Origin: an uncultured archaeon
GTDB taxonomy: Archaea; Asgardarchaeota; Lokiarchaeia; Sigyniarchaeales; SOKP01
Assembly: GCA_964486045.1 (NCBI GenBank)
Contig: CAZALK010000015.1
Location: 77,228 to 141,227, forward strand
Reading direction: 5' to 3'
Length of the DNA stretch: 64,000 nt
Each line of letters begins with the position of its first letter. Within the stretch, counting starts at the first letter, position 1. Of the stretch, positions 21,556-31,593 are shown in pieces. The position numbers were made by a program, and so were the translations under genes. The notes below the pieces were generated by a model that worked only from the letters and a program-made list of their open reading frames with translations, searched no databases and had not been told where the DNA came from.

Positions 21556-22365
21556 ATGTTAATAAAAGATTTAATTATTTTAGGGAGGGCAGTTCCAGTT
21601 TTATTAAAAGATCAGCGTAAAACAATCTGTACTGCTGGTTATTCTCACGAATTAGGTTTTGTTAGAATATATCCTACATTTTACTATGAGAATATTCATC
21701 TTTGGGATATAGTTTCTATTGATGTAAAAAAAGACACACGTGATTCTAGAAGCGAATCATGGAAAAAACTTGCGGATTCTGAATTTAAAAAAATTGGTAC
21801 ATTAAAAAATGACAGAGAAGAAAAGGAAACTTTATTGGAATCAATTTATCAAAATAAATGTACACATGATTTGAATGAGGAGAATAGAAGTTTAGCCATT
21901 ATTAAACCTCAAATTGTAGATTGCAATTTTAAAGAAGTTTCTGCTACTGAAGATGGAAAACTTGTCACAATGAGTTTAATGGATTTCTTTACAAATAAAA
22001 AAAAAACAAATAGGAAACCTCTGCTGGTAAAAACAAATTTTGATGTTATTCCCTATATACGTTATAGATGTTGTGTTAACTGTAGAACTAAAGCGCCTCA
22101 TAATCAACAGATATTAGAATGGGGAGGATACCAATGGATTCAGAAACACCCTGATGAAAAAGAGCAATTATGGGAAAATTATCGAATTTTTGATGAGGAA
22201 TGGTATAAATATTTTTTCATTGGCAATTTACGGGATCAAAGAACTACATGGTTGATAATTAACATTTTAAGAGGAAAGAAAAATGAAGGTATTGAGAGAG
22301 AGAATGGAAAAATTTTGTACCAATCTAAAGAGGAAAGCAAAATAACTCAGAAAAAATTATTTTAA
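21556..22365 (+). CDS. Putative OB-fold nucleic-acid-binding protein of the family often found beside DUF488
   Basis: TICTAG..GFVRIYP, DSRSESW, SLAIIKP, C..C...H, EWG and FFIGN motifs. Confidence 0.6.
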   Translation: MLIKDLIILGRAVPVLLKDQRKTICTAGYSHELGFVRIYPTFYYENIHLWDIVSIDVKKDTRDSRSESWKKLADSEFKKIGTLKNDREEKETLLESIYQNKCTHDLNEENRSLAIIKPQIVDCNFKEVSATEDGKLVTMSLMDFFTNKKKTNRKPLLVKTNFDVIPYIRYRCCVNCRTKAPHNQQILEWGGYQWIQKHPDEKEQLWENYRIFDEEWYKYFFIGNLRDQRTTWLIINILRGKKNEGIERENGKILYQSKEESKITQKKLF

Positions 22366-22470
22366 AAAGATTAATTTAAGAGTATTTTTCATTTTCTGTA
22401 AAAATATATAATAATTTATTTCTCAAATTATAATTATTAATATTAGATAAAATTAATAATTTGTAATTAG

Positions 22471-23160
22471 ATGCTATTTCCAGCCTCAAACTTAAATAAA
22501 ATTTTCAAAAGCTTCTCTTTGAATAAAGGGATTATCTCAATTTGGGGTGATTTTGGTGTTGGAAAAACTACATTTGCTCTTCAAACTGCAATTTACACTG
22601 TTAGAAATGCAAATAAAATCATTTATATATATTCTAAGCCAAATTTTCCGGCTGAAAAAATAAGGAACTTGGTAAGAGGATCAAGAGAAAGTCTAAATAA
22701 TATTATCTTCATACAAACAGAGAATTTTGAGGATGTATATAATATCGTGTTTAATTTAGAATTTTTAATCCTAAATTCTCTCAATATAACAAAAGAAAAA
22801 TTTGAATTAATTGTGATAGATTCCTTAACAGGTCTTTATCGATTAGCGTTAAATAAAGCGAAAAAAGAACAAAATTATAACTTAAATTATACTTTAAACC
22901 AAATTCTAGCAAATCTCTTAAATATAAATATTTCATACGACATTGAAATTCTGATAGTAAATGAGAAGGTAAACATGTTGATCAACAATCAGATTATTGA
23001 AATACAAAGTGGTGGGAAAGTTATGGATTATTGGGTTCCAACAAATATCAAAATTGAACGAACGAAAATTTTAAAAGAGAGAAGATTTCTACTAACGAAA
23101 CGTCCTGAGATTCAAAATATGGAATTTAAATCTAGATTAACTGAAAATGGTTTTCAGTGA
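22471..23160 (+). CDS. RadB-like RecA-family ATPase
   Basis: Walker A GDFGVGKT, Walker B IVIDS, SGGKVMDYW. Confidence 0.75.
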   Translation: MLFPASNLNKIFKSFSLNKGIISIWGDFGVGKTTFALQTAIYTVRNANKIIYIYSKPNFPAEKIRNLVRGSRESLNNIIFIQTENFEDVYNIVFNLEFLILNSLNITKEKFELIVIDSLTGLYRLALNKAKKEQNYNLNYTLNQILANLLNINISYDIEILIVNEKVNMLINNQIIEIQSGGKVMDYWVPTNIKIERTKILKERRFLLTKRPEIQNMEFKSRLTENGFQ

Positions 23161-23271
23161 ATATCTCAAAAAATATATTCCATATTTTCATAAAAATTCC
23201 TTTTTTATACTTTTTCACATTAATATTTGTGCAATTACAATATTTAATTTAATTTTTAGTTATATATTATA

Positions 23272-24525
23272 GTGATGGATAAAAAAGAAGAATTTATGAA
23301 ACATGCCTTAAGTACAATTAAAGAAGGAAATACCGAATTCTATATACATAATGTTGACAAGGACTCCATTCCTTCAAAATCAATGACCGTCTTCTATAAT
23401 CAGAAAATGGAGATAAATAGAGATATTTCTAATTTAGCAATTATCGCTTATAGTAAAATTTATAATCAGGATTCTCTCATAATCGTAGATTCTATGGCTG
23501 CTTCAGGAATAAGCTCAATCAGAATGTTAAAAGAATGCGCTAATATTAAAAAAATCTACATCAATGACATAAACCCCGTTGCGGTAGATCTCATTCATAA
23601 AAATCTATTTTTGAATAATCTATTTGATCAACCATCTTATATAAAAGTGTCAAGAAAGGATGCAAATTATTTATTTGCAGAAATTACACAAAATTACTTT
23701 ACCCATCTGTATGATAATCCAGAAAAACCAAATATCATCTCAATTGATCCATTTGGTACTCCAAATTTATATTTAGATGCTGCTTTTAAAGCTATCCAAA
23801 ATAAAGATGGATTATTATGTGTAACAGCAACTGATACTCCAGTTTTGTTTGGAATAAGGTCAAAAAGTTGCATTCGAAAATATATGTCAAAACCTCTCCA
23901 CACCGAGTATTGTAAGGAGATTGGAGCCCGAATTTTAATCCATTTTATATCTAGAATTGCGAATGTGAATAATATGGGGATAATTCCACTTCTAACATTT
24001 TATTCTTCACATTTCTTAAGGATTTTTTGTCTAACTTTTAAAAATAAAGATGAGATCTCAAAATCCTTTAAAAATTATGGTTTTATAGTCCATTGTAATA
24101 AATGTGGATATCGCTCAAGTTTTCAGGATAACATTTTAGAATTACCGGGGAATTGTCCTCTTTGCAAGGAAAGTAGAAAAATGGAGTATGCTGGTCCTCT
24201 CTGGATTAATGATATTCATGATTTGGAATTTTTAAATGAAATTGTCGGTTTAAATAATGAATTACAATATACCAACAAAAAAAGAATTGACAAATTGCTA
24301 AATATCATCAGGGAAGAAGTCAAAAATCCAATTTCCTTTTACAATATTCATAAATTGAGCAGAATTTTAAAAATTTCAAACACCCCAAAATTAAATACAA
24401 TAATCGAAACCATTAGGAAAAAAAAGTATAGTGCTTCTAAAACTCATTTTGATTTTTTATCAATTAAAACAAATATGAATATAGTGGGGATTAAAGAGAC
24501 TCTATTAGAATTGAATGATAAATAG
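23272..24525 (+). CDS. trm1: tRNA (guanine-N2)-dimethyltransferase
   Basis: VFYN..M..NRD, DSMAASG, NDIN, IDPFG, TATD, CxxC/CxxC, AGPLW, THF. Confidence 0.95.
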   Translation: MMDKKEEFMKHALSTIKEGNTEFYIHNVDKDSIPSKSMTVFYNQKMEINRDISNLAIIAYSKIYNQDSLIIVDSMAASGISSIRMLKECANIKKIYINDINPVAVDLIHKNLFLNNLFDQPSYIKVSRKDANYLFAEITQNYFTHLYDNPEKPNIISIDPFGTPNLYLDAAFKAIQNKDGLLCVTATDTPVLFGIRSKSCIRKYMSKPLHTEYCKEIGARILIHFISRIANVNNMGIIPLLTFYSSHFLRIFCLTFKNKDEISKSFKNYGFIVHCNKCGYRSSFQDNILELPGNCPLCKESRKMEYAGPLWINDIHDLEFLNEIVGLNNELQYTNKKRIDKLLNIIREEVKNPISFYNIHKLSRILKISNTPKLNTIIETIRKKKYSASKTHFDFLSIKTNMNIVGIKETLLELNDK

Positions 24526-25174
24526 ACTAATACTTACGTTGACAGACAATCATAAAACTCATAAAAAAGATCCTTATTATCAGCAGGCGAAAATTGAGAA
24601 ATATCGAGCCAGATCTGCTTACAAATTATTAGATATTCAAAAAAAGTTTAGGGTTTTTAAAAGGGCATTCTACATTCTAGATTTGGGATGTGCTCCGGGT
24701 TCCTGGTTGCAAGTTGCTAAAAAACTCACTGTGGATAATTTAAATAAGTATAATGACCAGTATTATCATCGCAATCATTATAAAATCTTAGGAGTAGATG
24801 TTAAAAGAGTATCACCGATTGAGGATGTTCAAATTCTTAAAATGGATCTTACAAAACCGGAGATAAATAATAATCTGGAAGCCTTCTTTCAAACCAAAAT
24901 CGATCTAATTTTATCTGATGCTTCAATAATCAAGTCTGGTAACATGTTTTCTGACCAATTAAAACAAGTTAAATTATGTTTAAAGATCCTTGAATTAACA
25001 AAAACACATTTAAAATTTAAGGGTTCATTAGTTATGAAGATCTTTCAAGGATCTGATTATCATGAGCTATTTAAAAAAGCTAAGAGTAATTTCAGGATAT
25101 TGAAAGCATTTAAACCACAATCCTCAAAAAAAAAAAGTAATGAAATTTATTTAATAGGATTGCAGAAAAAATAA
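24515..25174 (+). CDS. rlmE: 23S rRNA 2'-O-methyltransferase (RlmE/FtsJ)
   Basis: YRARSAYKL, DLGCAPGSW, SD, KIFQG, KP.SS...S.E.Y. Confidence 0.95.
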   Translation: MINRLILTLTDNHKTHKKDPYYQQAKIEKYRARSAYKLLDIQKKFRVFKRAFYILDLGCAPGSWLQVAKKLTVDNLNKYNDQYYHRNHYKILGVDVKRVSPIEDVQILKMDLTKPEINNNLEAFFQTKIDLILSDASIIKSGNMFSDQLKQVKLCLKILELTKTHLKFKGSLVMKIFQGSDYHELFKKAKSNFRILKAFKPQSSKKKSNEIYLIGLQKK

Positions 25175-25786
25175 TTAGATGTCTTTTAAACCAGCTCCTA
25201 TTTCATCAAAATTAATATCATATTCATTTCCATCTATTAAAATTTCAATCCACTCGGTTAACCAAGGACAGCGAAAAGGATTAAATTGGTCCATATTAGT
25301 ATCATTACACTTACTCCAAAAAGGACAGATAAAACATGGTTGTCTAGAAAACATATTCCATATGTAATCTCTTCGATCTTTATTTATTTTAACTTCTTTT
25401 ATCTTTACATCGATTTCCTCAATCGAGGATATATGTTTTGTCCAAGAAGCCTCAATTAATTCTCTTTTGATATATATTTTTGATTGTAATGATAATACAT
25501 CCAAAATTTCATCTAAATCATTTGGCTTTTTATCACAGAATTTTAAAAGATCATTAAAATAAATCTCTTTTTCTCGATTTATTATATTTAAAATTTGTAT
25601 CTCATCTTTATTTAAATTGCGATTAAAAATTCTCTTTTTTTCTTCTATTCTTTCGATCCTTCTCTCAACTTCAGATTTTTCGTCTGAAGGGCCTTCTATT
25701 CTTTCTTTTATCTTACATTTATGACGGGATAAATAAGCAAAACTTTTACCACAATAAGGGCAAGTCTCTTTTTTCTTCTTAGCGAT
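25175..25786 (-). CDS. TFE-beta / RPC34-like protein (N-terminal Zn finger, wHTH, 4Fe-4S), probably starting at ATC
   Basis: Frame is open to ATC at 25786, with GAGGTG 8 nt upstream. C-terminal PCFICP...C...NP..CPWLTEW resembles the RPC34 Fe-S motif; N-terminal CPYC...HKC. Confidence 0.8.
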   Translation of the reverse strand: MAKKKKETCPYCGKSFAYLSRHKCKIKERIEGPSDEKSEVERRIERIEEKKRIFNRNLNKDEIQILNIINREKEIYFNDLLKFCDKKPNDLDEILDVLSLQSKIYIKRELIEASWTKHISSIEEIDVKIKEVKINKDRRDYIWNMFSRQPCFICPFWSKCNDTNMDQFNPFRCPWLTEWIEILIDGNEYDINFDEIGAGLKDI

Positions 25787-26005
25787 AAATTATGCACCTC
25801 ATACTTATTGAAAATATCTCTGGTTCGAAATGTAAAGGTTTTTAAACTGAAATTTCAATGCCTGAATCTAAAAAGTTCAGTAATATGATATTATTTTATG
25901 TTTATTTTTAAATTAATTTTTCGGTTTTGATGTTGGATGTTTTAAGTTATCTTTTTAATAGTATTAACTCACTATATTTAAATTAACATTTCTTACTACA
26001 AATTA

Positions 26006-26821
26006 ATGGATATCCATAAAATTTTAGAAATTAAACAACAACAAATTAAAGATTTTAATGAAATTTATAAATCAAGAAATCAGAAAAAACACAAAATAAT
26101 ATTACCATTAGATCAGAGAAATTTTGATGATGTTCTAGATGGTGGGTTTCATTCAGGAATAGAATATGTTATTTTTGGTCCCAACAAGGCAGGTAAAACT
26201 CAATTATGTCATCAATTATGTGTTCAAGCTTATAAACATCTAAATAAAATTTTCAAATTGAAAAAAACGAAATTTATTTACTATTTTGATACAGAAAACA
26301 CATTTCGTCCTGAGAGGATTGAAGAACTAGTAGCTCCTACTGAATTTGAAATTGATCGTGTACTTAAAAGTATATTAATCTCAAAAATTATGAGTAATTC
26401 AGCCCTTCTACTTGCATTAAAGGACTTTGAAAAATTTATCATAAAAGATATGGGAGGGATTTTAATTATTGATACAATTAACAATCATTTTAGGTCTGAT
26501 TTAAGTAATAATAACATTATTTTTCAAAAAGCAAAAAATAGATTTTTAAATATTTTAAAAATTATTGATGAGTTTACTAATAAATATAATCTAATTACCA
26601 TACTAATGGCTCAAATCGCTTCTAATTTCTCAAGAGACACTATTATTAGAGAATTACCCGTTGGTAATCAATTTTTAAACCAATTTTTTTCAGAATATAT
26701 ATATTTAAGTAAAGGAAATAAAGAAAAGAATTACATTCACTTAGTTAATTCGTTAAATCATCCAGAAAAAAAGGTTCTATATAATATTACTAAAAATGGG
26801 ATTCAAGATTATAAGATTTGA
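26006..26821 (+). CDS. RadA/Rad51-like paralog
   Basis: LDGG, GPNKAGKTQLCHQL, DTENTFRPERI; no N-terminal HhH domain. Confidence 0.85.
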   Translation: MDIHKILEIKQQQIKDFNEIYKSRNQKKHKIILPLDQRNFDDVLDGGFHSGIEYVIFGPNKAGKTQLCHQLCVQAYKHLNKIFKLKKTKFIYYFDTENTFRPERIEELVAPTEFEIDRVLKSILISKIMSNSALLLALKDFEKFIIKDMGGILIIDTINNHFRSDLSNNNIIFQKAKNRFLNILKIIDEFTNKYNLITILMAQIASNFSRDTIIRELPVGNQFLNQFFSEYIYLSKGNKEKNYIHLVNSLNHPEKKVLYNITKNGIQDYKI

Positions 26822-27662
26822 AAGATCTAGACCTTACAATTTTTAAAAAATCTTCTATCGAAATACATTTTAATTGATTATTAACAAATTTAGAGTTAAC
26901 AAAAATTAAATCATTAGGAATTTTATTTCTTAACCATTCTATTAATTCAACAGCATAGAGTAGCTTTTTCTTCTTAATCTGACTCCCTTCTCGATTGTGT
27001 TTGATATACAATTTAGAATATTTCCCTACGATATTTTTGAAATCCATTCCTATAAGAAATAATTTCTGAGATGGGGTTATTAAACTGCGTAAAAAAAAAA
27101 GAATTCTATCCCCATCAGTGAAACCTCCTGGGTTTACAATATTATTTATTGGGTCTACTTGAGTTGTTCCTATAACATTATGAAAATTTATTATTTCATT
27201 TTCAAACTGCATTAATTTGTCGAGATTATCTCCATGTGCATGAACGATATTAAAATTTGAATAATTGAATTCTTTTTTAGTAATCCCATCTAAGTCTGTA
27301 AAGATGGCATCAATTGGAATATTTTTTTCTCTTAGTAATATTGAAGCGCCATCTGCTGTTATATTAATGAATTCATCGAAGAAATTTTTCCCCTTATTGC
27401 TCAAAATAACATTCATTGTCTCTTCTAATGATGGTCCACAACCATAAATTAAAATTACCGGCTTTAATAGGATCCTATTTCTAAAGGATTCTAAAATATT
27501 ATCCAATTTCCATTTATAAGTCTTTTTCTTTAAAATGACTGATAGCAGATCACGTGATTTCAAATCTCTTTCATAATCAAACTTGAAATCCTCCCTAATA
27601 TGAAAATACCAATCTTTAAACTCGTTAAAAAAATTTAACTCATCCTTAAGTGTAGAACCCAT
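26790..27662 (-). CDS. mptE: 6-hydroxymethyl-7,8-dihydropterin pyrophosphokinase (DUF115)
   Basis: GCGPSL, ADGA, TDLDG, HAHGDN, GGFTDGDR. Confidence 0.9.
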   Translation of the reverse strand: MGSTLKDELNFFNEFKDWYFHIREDFKFDYERDLKSRDLLSVILKKKTYKWKLDNILESFRNRILLKPVILIYGCGPSLEETMNVILSNKGKNFFDEFINITADGASILLREKNIPIDAIFTDLDGITKKEFNYSNFNIVHAHGDNLDKLMQFENEIINFHNVIGTTQVDPINNIVNPGGFTDGDRILFFLRSLITPSQKLFLIGMDFKNIVGKYSKLYIKHNREGSQIKKKKLLYAVELIEWLRNKIPNDLIFVNSKFVNNQLKCISIEDFLKIVRSRSFKSYNLESHF

Positions 27663-27792
27663 ATTTATTAAATTATCTAAATTGATAATTGAATAATAAA
27701 ATTTTAAATTATTATCTTAATTAAATAAAAACATACTATTTAATTCAATATTATTATAATTCTTAAATTAATTAACAGGGAGTTAGATAAAA

Positions 27793-28185
27793 ATGGCTAA
27801 GTGGTTAACTAAAACACATCAATGGTTTGATGACGCAACAAAAATGGTTGGAATTACTCCTTATGCTGCAGAGCAACTGGGAGAAATTAGTTTTGTTGAT
27901 GTAGAAGGCCTAGAAGGGGCTGAACTCGCCCAAGTAACAATGGATGGGGATGAACCAACAAGTGATCCTATAGATTGCACCGTCGAATCAAGTAAGGCAG
28001 TAGGCGACATTTATTCACCCGTCAGTGGATCAGTGATAGAAATTAATTCGGATTTGATGGATGAGCCAGAAAAAATTAACGAAGACGCTTTTGCAGCGTG
28101 GCTTTTTAAAATTGAACCATCAAATTGGGACACTGAAAAAGGTAATTTGATCGATGAGGCAGCTTATAACGCATTTGTAGAGTAG
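27793..28185 (+). CDS. gcvH: Glycine cleavage system H protein
   Basis: GITPYAAEQLG, lipoyl-Lys VESSKAV, SPVSG. Confidence 0.93.
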   Translation: MAKWLTKTHQWFDDATKMVGITPYAAEQLGEISFVDVEGLEGAELAQVTMDGDEPTSDPIDCTVESSKAVGDIYSPVSGSVIEINSDLMDEPEKINEDAFAAWLFKIEPSNWDTEKGNLIDEAAYNAFVE

Positions 28186-28248
28186 TATAAATAATTCATA
28201 TTCTTATTTTCAAAATTACTTTTCTTTTTTTCTTTTAGGGAGACTTTA

Positions 28249-29391
28249 ATGGGAATCTTTAAATTTACATTAGGTTTAATTATAAATCCTATATCTGGTA
28301 TGGGGGGTTCTGTAGGCTTAAAAGGAACAGATGGTCGAGATATACTACTAAAAGCTGTTAGCCTTGGAGCTAAACCAAGTGCATTTAAACGAGCGAAAAA
28401 TTTATTAAAGGAATTGGAACCTTTTGAATCAAAAATAAAATTTTTGACATGTCCTGGAATCATGGGTGAAGATACTATGAATGAATATAATTTTGAATTT
28501 GCATGTATTAACCACTCAAATTTCACTAATATAACTAGTATATTAGATCTCAATCCAGAACATACAAAGATTGCTGCTGGAATAATGAAGGATGTTGAAG
28601 ACTTGAAAATAATATTATTCGTTGGAGGCGATGGTACTGCTCGAGATATAGTTAAAGTAATTGGAAAAAAAAAGCCATGTTTGGGCATCCCCGCGGGAGT
28701 AAAAATTTACTCTAGTGTTTTTTCAATAAACCCAAGGATGGCAGGTTCCATTATTCTGCAGTTCTTATTAGGTGAAATTCCACTGAAGGAATCAGAAGTT
28801 TTAGATATTGATGAAAAAAAATATAGGAATGGAGAATTGGTTACAAGGCTATATGGATCCTTGCTTATACCTTTTAGTCCAGATTATACACAACCATCTA
28901 AAATTGGCTCTCCAAAGTCTGATTTAAGCAACCAAGAGCGAATAGCAAAACGAATAATTGAATTGTTTCAAGATAACACTTATTATCTTATAGGACCAGG
29001 AACGACAACAAAAACAATAGCTGATAAGTTGAAACAGCCCAAGACAGTTTTAGGTGTTGATTTATGCTTAAATCATAGAATAATTGCTCAAGATTTAAAT
29101 GAACACCAAATTTTAAACCATATAGAAGGAAGAAAAGTTAAAATTATTATATCACCTATTGGAAACCAAGGTTTTTTATTTGGAAGAGGAAATTTACAAT
29201 TTACACCCCAGTTGCTCAGAAAAATTGGTCCTAAAAACATTATTATAATCTCAACTCAGTTTAAACTACAAAATATCCAACATCAGATCCTAAGATTAGA
29301 TACTCGAGATCCTGAATTAGATAAAAAATTAAGAGGATATTATAAAGTACATATAGATTATAATGAGCTACAAATTTGTTGGGTAAATTAA
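28249..29391 (+). CDS. ATP-NAD kinase family protein
   Basis: NPISGMGG..GLKGTDG, GGDGTARD, GIPAGVK, GRGNLQ. Confidence 0.9.
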   Translation: MGIFKFTLGLIINPISGMGGSVGLKGTDGRDILLKAVSLGAKPSAFKRAKNLLKELEPFESKIKFLTCPGIMGEDTMNEYNFEFACINHSNFTNITSILDLNPEHTKIAAGIMKDVEDLKIILFVGGDGTARDIVKVIGKKKPCLGIPAGVKIYSSVFSINPRMAGSIILQFLLGEIPLKESEVLDIDEKKYRNGELVTRLYGSLLIPFSPDYTQPSKIGSPKSDLSNQERIAKRIIELFQDNTYYLIGPGTTTKTIADKLKQPKTVLGVDLCLNHRIIAQDLNEHQILNHIEGRKVKIIISPIGNQGFLFGRGNLQFTPQLLRKIGPKNIIIISTQFKLQNIQHQILRLDTRDPELDKKLRGYYKVHIDYNELQICWVN

Positions 29392-29410
29392 CTTAAAAAT
29401 TACTTATTAT

Positions 29411-29938
29411 TTATTGAGTTAGAACTCCTGTTTTTACTGCAATAATGTATTGGAGAGCAATAAATGTTATAATTATCATTAATATACCAATAGTCATAAT
29501 CGATGCAGCTGTTTTTCGGTTATAAACATACTTTGATGCTTGATACAGAAATATAAACCCAACGGAGCTTAATAAAATTAATATTGAAGCAACAATACTC
29601 TCAATTATAAATGCTTCATTAATACTAGTAAATATAAAAATTGGGTCTCCCTGTTGAGTTGCTCCTAATGCTGGAGGTTCTCTAACAAGTAAATATGCAA
29701 TCCCAGTTTGAAGAACAAATAAAATCGCGAATATCGTTATTACACTCAATGTTCTTGATGGCATAGGTAGTGATAATCTCGGTAATCTTAATGTTGGAAA
29801 ACTAATTTTAGGTTTTCTTAAAGTGTTTCCAAGGATCCATGGTGTTTTATCTTTGAATTTCTCTAAAATAGTCTCAGAACCGATGACTTCTACTTTTTTG
29901 TATTCCTCTTTATTCGGTGGTTGTTTTTGCATATTCAA
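29411..29938 (-). CDS. Oligosaccharyltransferase subunit OSTC/DC2 (OST3/6)-like
   Basis: MPS..TM..GIAY...EPPALG...FIIE...S.L..L...GFI; 3-TM layout like eukaryotic DC2. Confidence 0.7.
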   Translation of the reverse strand: MNMQKQPPNKEEYKKVEVIGSETILEKFKDKTPWILGNTLRKPKISFPTLRLPRLSLPMPSRTLSVITIFAILFVLQTGIAYLLVREPPALGATQQGDPIFIFTSINEAFIIESIVASILILLSSVGFIFLYQASKYVYNRKTAASIMTIGILMIIITFIALQYIIAVKTGVLTQ

Positions 29939-30004
29939 CGATAATGAATTATTAAGGACAATATAATAATTTTTTCAAATAATTTTATGCTATAACTTAT
30001 TATT

Positions 30005-31512
30005 TTAACATAATTTGCCTAATAGAGTTATCAATAAATCCCAAATTTTTTCAACGGATTGTACCGATATTCGTTCATCGGGTGAGTGAGCACCAATATT
30101 TTTCGGACCTATCGAAATCATCTCCATATTAGGGTATTTTTGCTTTAAAATTCCACATTCCAGGCCAGCATGTATTACTTTAACTTGAATTGCCTTTTTA
30201 AAAAGTTCTTCATAGATATCTTTAGTTAAAGCTAAAATTTTAGAGTTAAAGTCAGGAGTCCATCCTGGGTAATCGGTGTCAATTATGATCTCATTTACCA
30301 GACCAGTTAATTCGAATAAAGATTTAAGTTTTTCCCAGTTTGCGATTTTCTGATATTTGCTCAGACTTCTCTGACTAACTTTTATAATAATTTTCTCTAT
30401 TTCAGTTTTTATTACAGCTAAATTGGATGATGTAAAGACTAATCCTTTAATTTGTGGATGCATTGAAATTGGGCCATTTGGTATAGTATACAAAATGTTT
30501 AGGATGCCATCTTGAATTTTTTTGGTGAATACCTTTGAATTGTCAAAGTTTTTTAATTTTTCAACCGAGATTTTAAAACCAGGTTCATTACTATCAAAAA
30601 TTACATTGATATTTAGAAAAAGTGCTTTAATTAATTCTTCCACCTGTCTAAATTCAGCATCCTTAATAAAGAATATGGCACTGGCTTCTCTTGGTATCGC
30701 ATTTGTTCTATTACCACCGTTGATAGAGTTAATTTTTATTTTGTATTGTTTATTTAACTTCCAGAGCATTTGTCCAATGAGTTTTAGCGCATTTCCTCGC
30801 CCTAGATGAATATCTACTCCTGAGTGTCCTCCTAACAAGCCAGAAACAAAATTTTGACTGGAATTAGATCTGCTTCCTTGTTTATTTCATAATTTTCATT
30901 TTTAATGCTAATTAAACTCACTCTTCCCCCAGCACAACCAATGGTAACAGCATCCTCATCTTCAGCATCAAGGTTGATAAGAAAGTTTCCGTTGATTAGA
31001 TCCCTATCAATTTTGAATGCTCCTCTTAGCCCCAGTTCTTCATCAACAGTAAATAATAAATCAAATCCGAGTGATCCAAAGTTTAATTCCCTATTCTGAA
31101 TCTTTTGCATAATTGTTAATAGATAGCAAATCCCAACTCCATTATCTGCCCCTAATGTAGTTCCTTCAGCTGAAATCCATTTTTCATTATTCATCTCTAG
31201 AATTTTAAGTTTTAAAGGATCTTTAGAAAAGTCATGAGAAACTCCCTCATTTTTCTCACATACCATATCAATATGGCATTGTAATACTGCTTTTTGTTCT
31301 TGTTTTTGATTTGACGGAATTCTAACTACAAGATTTCCCGTAATATCAACCTTAGTTTTAAAACCCAATCTTTCAGCTTCTTCCTTTATGTAAATTCTTA
31401 CCTTTTCCTCATGTTCTGAGCACCGAGGGATTTTAGTAATTTGCTCGAAATATTCCCAAAATTCAGATAGTTGTCCTAAATCAATCAATTTTGACAAAAA
31501 TATCCCTACCAA
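30005..31512 (-). pseudogene. pepD: Aminoacyl-histidine dipeptidase (M20C), split by a 1-nt frameshift near 30850
   Basis: N-half has PRCS, QCHIDMV, GADNG, DEE; C-half has GGHSG, IHAGLECG, HSPDE. One extra T in the T4 run restores a single frame. Confidence 0.85.
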
Positions 31513-31593
31513 TCAAAATATATATATTAATTATTTTATAATAATTATAAATTAACACTAAATTCCTTTTAATATTATTTATAGGCTGAACAA

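Noticed and set aside
30840-30860. Programmed -1 frameshift in pepD
   Set aside because: AAATTTT is present but not in the X XXY YYZ register of the upstream frame; an indel is the simpler explanation.
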